From Chloroflexota bacterium (GTDB lineage: Bacteria > Chloroflexota > Chloroflexia > Thermomicrobiales > UBA6265): a DNA stretch of 33,204 nt. The notes beneath the pieces were generated by a model. It searched no databases. It was not told the origin of the DNA and saw nothing but the letters and a program-made list of their open reading frames with translations. Shown in pieces: positions 31,191-33,204 of the stretch (the first letter of the stretch is position 1; every line of letters begins with the position of its first letter). The stretch covers positions 1 through 33,204 of the forward strand of contig JBJTKE010000670.1 in the NCBI GenBank assembly GCA_046096285.1, written 5' to 3'. A program made the position numbers and the translations under genes.

Positions 31191-31305
31191 ACTGCCGCCT
31201 GCGCCGGGTCTGCGGCGCGCGAAGCGCCGGGGCGGCGGAGGATGCCTTCCCGGGCACATGCCCGGATCGATGAGGACCGGGCGCCGGTCACAAGGAGACG
31301 AAACG

Positions 31306-32454
31306 ATGAGCGAACGCGACCGCACCTCGGAACTGATGGCGCTGCAGCCTGACGAGGCCACCCATCGCTTCCGCGCCGGGCAGTTCTCCCGGCGCGACAT
31401 GGCGAAGTTCTTCGCCGCCATCGGACTCACCAGCGCGCTCGGCCCCACCCTCGCCCGCGGCGGCGCGATGGCGGCCAGCGACCTCACCATGATCATCTGG
31501 GAGGGCTATTCCGACGAAAAGTACGCCGCTCCCTTCGAGGGCGCGAACGACGCCAAGATCGAGGCCACCTTCGCCGGCACCGGCGACGAGATGTTCGCCG
31601 CCATGCAGGGCAGCGGCGGCAGCACCTACGACATGGTCTCCGCCTCCTCCGACCTGCCCCGCCGCCTCTACGACGCCGGACTGCTCGCCGAGATCGACCC
31701 GGCGAAACTGACCAACTACAACGACCTCTACCCCCAGTTCCAGAAGCCGCCGTACATCACCTTCGACGACAAACTCTACGGCGTGAACTTCGCCTGGGGC
31801 CCGACGATCATGCTCTACGATCCCGAGCAGATCACCACCGCCCCCACCTCGTGGAAGGCGATGCTGGACGAGGCCAACTCCGGCAAGATCGCCACCTGGA
31901 ACTACCCGCTGCAGATCGCCCAGTACGCGTTGCTGCTCGACCCGAAGCCGGCCAATCCGTTCGAGCTGACCGACGAGCAGCTTGCCCTGGTCAAGGACAT
32001 GCTCATTGCCCAGCGCCCGCTGGTCCGCAAGTACTGGGATTACGGCGGGGAGGTTGCCGAGCTCTACATGGCCAGGGAGATCGCCATCTCCGACGGCTGG
32101 CCGTACATCACCCAGCAGATCGTCGCCGAGTCCGGCTCCATCGCGGAGGTCTCCCCGGAGGAGGGCGTCACCGGCTGGTCCGATTCGTGGTGCATCTCGA
32201 AGAACGCCGCGAACCCGGAGCTTGCCCTGAAGTGGGCCGACTGGATGATCGGTCCCGAAGGGCAGGCGGGCATCATGGAAGTCATGAACTACTCGATCAC
32301 CAACAAGAATGTGATCGAGGCCCTCGATGACGCCCGCCGCGCGGCCCTCCGCATGACCAACGTCGAGGAGGACTACGCCAAAATCTACATGTGGCAGTTC
32401 ATCCCGACCTATGACAAGTGGGTCCAGGTCTGGCAGGAAGCCACCGCGAGCTAG
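31306..32454 (+). CDS. PotD/PotF-type (polyamine-family) ABC transporter substrate-binding protein with Tat-like signal
   Basis: ORF 31258..32454. Start set at ATG 31306, behind AAGGAG. Twin-arginine leader FSRRDMAKFFAAIGLTSALG. The mature part (LTMIIWEGYSDEKY..., YGVNFAWGPTIMLYD) resembles PotD/PotF family binding proteins. Confidence 0.85.
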   Translation: MSERDRTSELMALQPDEATHRFRAGQFSRRDMAKFFAAIGLTSALGPTLARGGAMAASDLTMIIWEGYSDEKYAAPFEGANDAKIEATFAGTGDEMFAAMQGSGGSTYDMVSASSDLPRRLYDAGLLAEIDPAKLTNYNDLYPQFQKPPYITFDDKLYGVNFAWGPTIMLYDPEQITTAPTSWKAMLDEANSGKIATWNYPLQIAQYALLLDPKPANPFELTDEQLALVKDMLIAQRPLVRKYWDYGGEVAELYMAREIAISDGWPYITQQIVAESGSIAEVSPEEGVTGWSDSWCISKNAANPELALKWADWMIGPEGQAGIMEVMNYSITNKNVIEALDDARRAALRMTNVEEDYAKIYMWQFIPTYDKWVQVWQEATAS

Positions 32455-32476
32455 GCCGGTCCGGGCCGGTAGAATG

Positions 32477-32506
32477 CCGGGAGGGGCGGCACGCCGCCCC
32501 TCCCGG
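32477..32506 (+). promoter_or_regulatory. perfect GC-rich intercistronic stem-loop between the binding-protein and permease genes
   Basis: CCGGGAGGGGCGGC-AC-GCCGCCCCTCCCGG gives 14-nt perfectly complementary arms (effectively a 13-bp stem with a CACG loop). No U-tract follows. A TAGAAT hexamer lies just upstream at 32470..32475. Confidence 0.6.
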
Positions 32507-32562
32507 CGCGTTCGCGCCGGATCGGCCACGGCAACCGCGACCCGACGCCGGAGGCGCCCACA

Positions 32563-33204
32563 GTGGCAACCGCCGCCGCCCAGGAAAACACCCCGGCGCC
32601 ATCCGGCAGGCGCGGCGGCCCGTTGCCGCTGCTCGCCCTGCCGCTCGGCTGGATGCTGGCCTTCTACCTGATCCCGCTGGCCCTGCTGCTGGTCTATGCC
32701 TTCTGGTCGGTCGACTACCTCACCATCAAGCGGGAGTTCACGCTCCAGAACATCGTCGACGTCTTCACCGTCGCGCCGTACCCGGCGGTTCTCGTGCGCA
32801 CCCTGCTGATGGCCGCCGCCGTCACCCTGACCACCATCGCCATCGCCTTCCCCATCTCCTGGTTCCTCGCGAAGAAGGCCGGGCGGCACCGTGGCCTGCT
32901 GCTCCTGCTCGTCGTTTTCCCGCTCTGGAGTTCCTACCTCGTCCGCGCCTTTGCCTGGAAGACGATTCTCGGCACCAACGGTATCCTCAACTCCTTCCTG
33001 CAATGGACCGGCATCACCAGCGAGCCGATCTCCGCGTTCCTCTACAGCAAGACCGGCATGTACATCACCTTCTGCCACGTCGGGCTGCCGTTCATGATCC
33101 TGCCGCTCTACACCATCCTCGACCGCCTGCCCGACACGCTGCTCGAGGCCTCCGGCGATCTCGGCGGAAACGGCTGGCAGACCTTCCGCCGGGTCATCCT
33201 GCCG
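32563..33204 (+). CDS. PotB-type ABC transporter permease (3'-truncated by window end)
   Basis: My own translation (not in the ORF track because no stop falls in the window). GTG 32563 lies 8 nt after GGAGG. VATAAAQENT...LPLLALPLGWMLAFYLIPLALLLVYAFW...FPLWSSYLVRAFAWKTILG...LEASGDLGGNGWQTFRRVILP contains the EAS-GDLG permease motif. The frame is open to nt 33204. Confidence 0.85.
   Translation, partial: MATAAAQENTPAPSGRRGGPLPLLALPLGWMLAFYLIPLALLLVYAFWSVDYLTIKREFTLQNIVDVFTVAPYPAVLVRTLLMAAAVTLTTIAIAFPISWFLAKKAGRHRGLLLLLVVFPLWSSYLVRAFAWKTILGTNGILNSFLQWTGITSEPISAFLYSKTGMYITFCHVGLPFMILPLYTILDRLPDTLLEASGDLGGNGWQTFRRVILP

Overview
High-GC (about 70% by eye) bacterial chromosomal segment, densely coding, with no rRNA, CRISPR array, transposase, integrase, phage gene or recognisable defence/toxin gene. 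I can support 29 protein genes and one tRNA. Order: PAP2 phosphatase; DinB-family protein; DUF2278(YukJ)-LTD fusion; large glutamate synthase (gltB). Divergent from gltB is a co-directional string: GS-like ligase, PucR-type regulator, etfB, etfA, DUF983. Next is a minus-strand housekeeping string: tRNA-Gln, glmU, prs, CNNM/CorB-type transporter, birA. Then: a stand-alone dnaJ with a sigma70-type promoter and CIRCE operator; a small molybdopterin oxidoreductase; an Lrp/AsnC regulator; a secreted C39-like peptidase; an HDAC-family amidohydrolase; an Ldh_2-family dehydrogenase; a DsrE-like protein coupled to a binding-protein-less metal ABC importer; a DUF2207 protein fused to a B-box zinc-ribbon membrane module; larC; a DDAH/amidinotransferase-fold enzyme; and a PotD/PotB-type ABC importer that runs off the window. 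Taxon cannot be assigned from the sequence alone; gene content and CIRCE fit Chloroflexota/Thermomicrobia-like or Actinomycetota-like genomes. This looks like ordinary core genome, and I do not see a convincing novel multi-gene system. Four items merit a second look: (1) the GS-like gene keeps the metal ligands but has substitutions at several canonical substrate/ATP positions, and heads a GS-like-PucR-etfBA-DUF983 cluster; (2) the DUF2207-polyGly-B-box-TM fusion contains an internal SD+ATG; (3) the metal ABC pair lacks a binding protein and is coupled to a DsrE-like gene; (4) a paired TTGGGCG-N6-CCAA motif lies in the gltB/GS-like divergent promoter region. All family calls come from motif recognition by eye. 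No database search was run.
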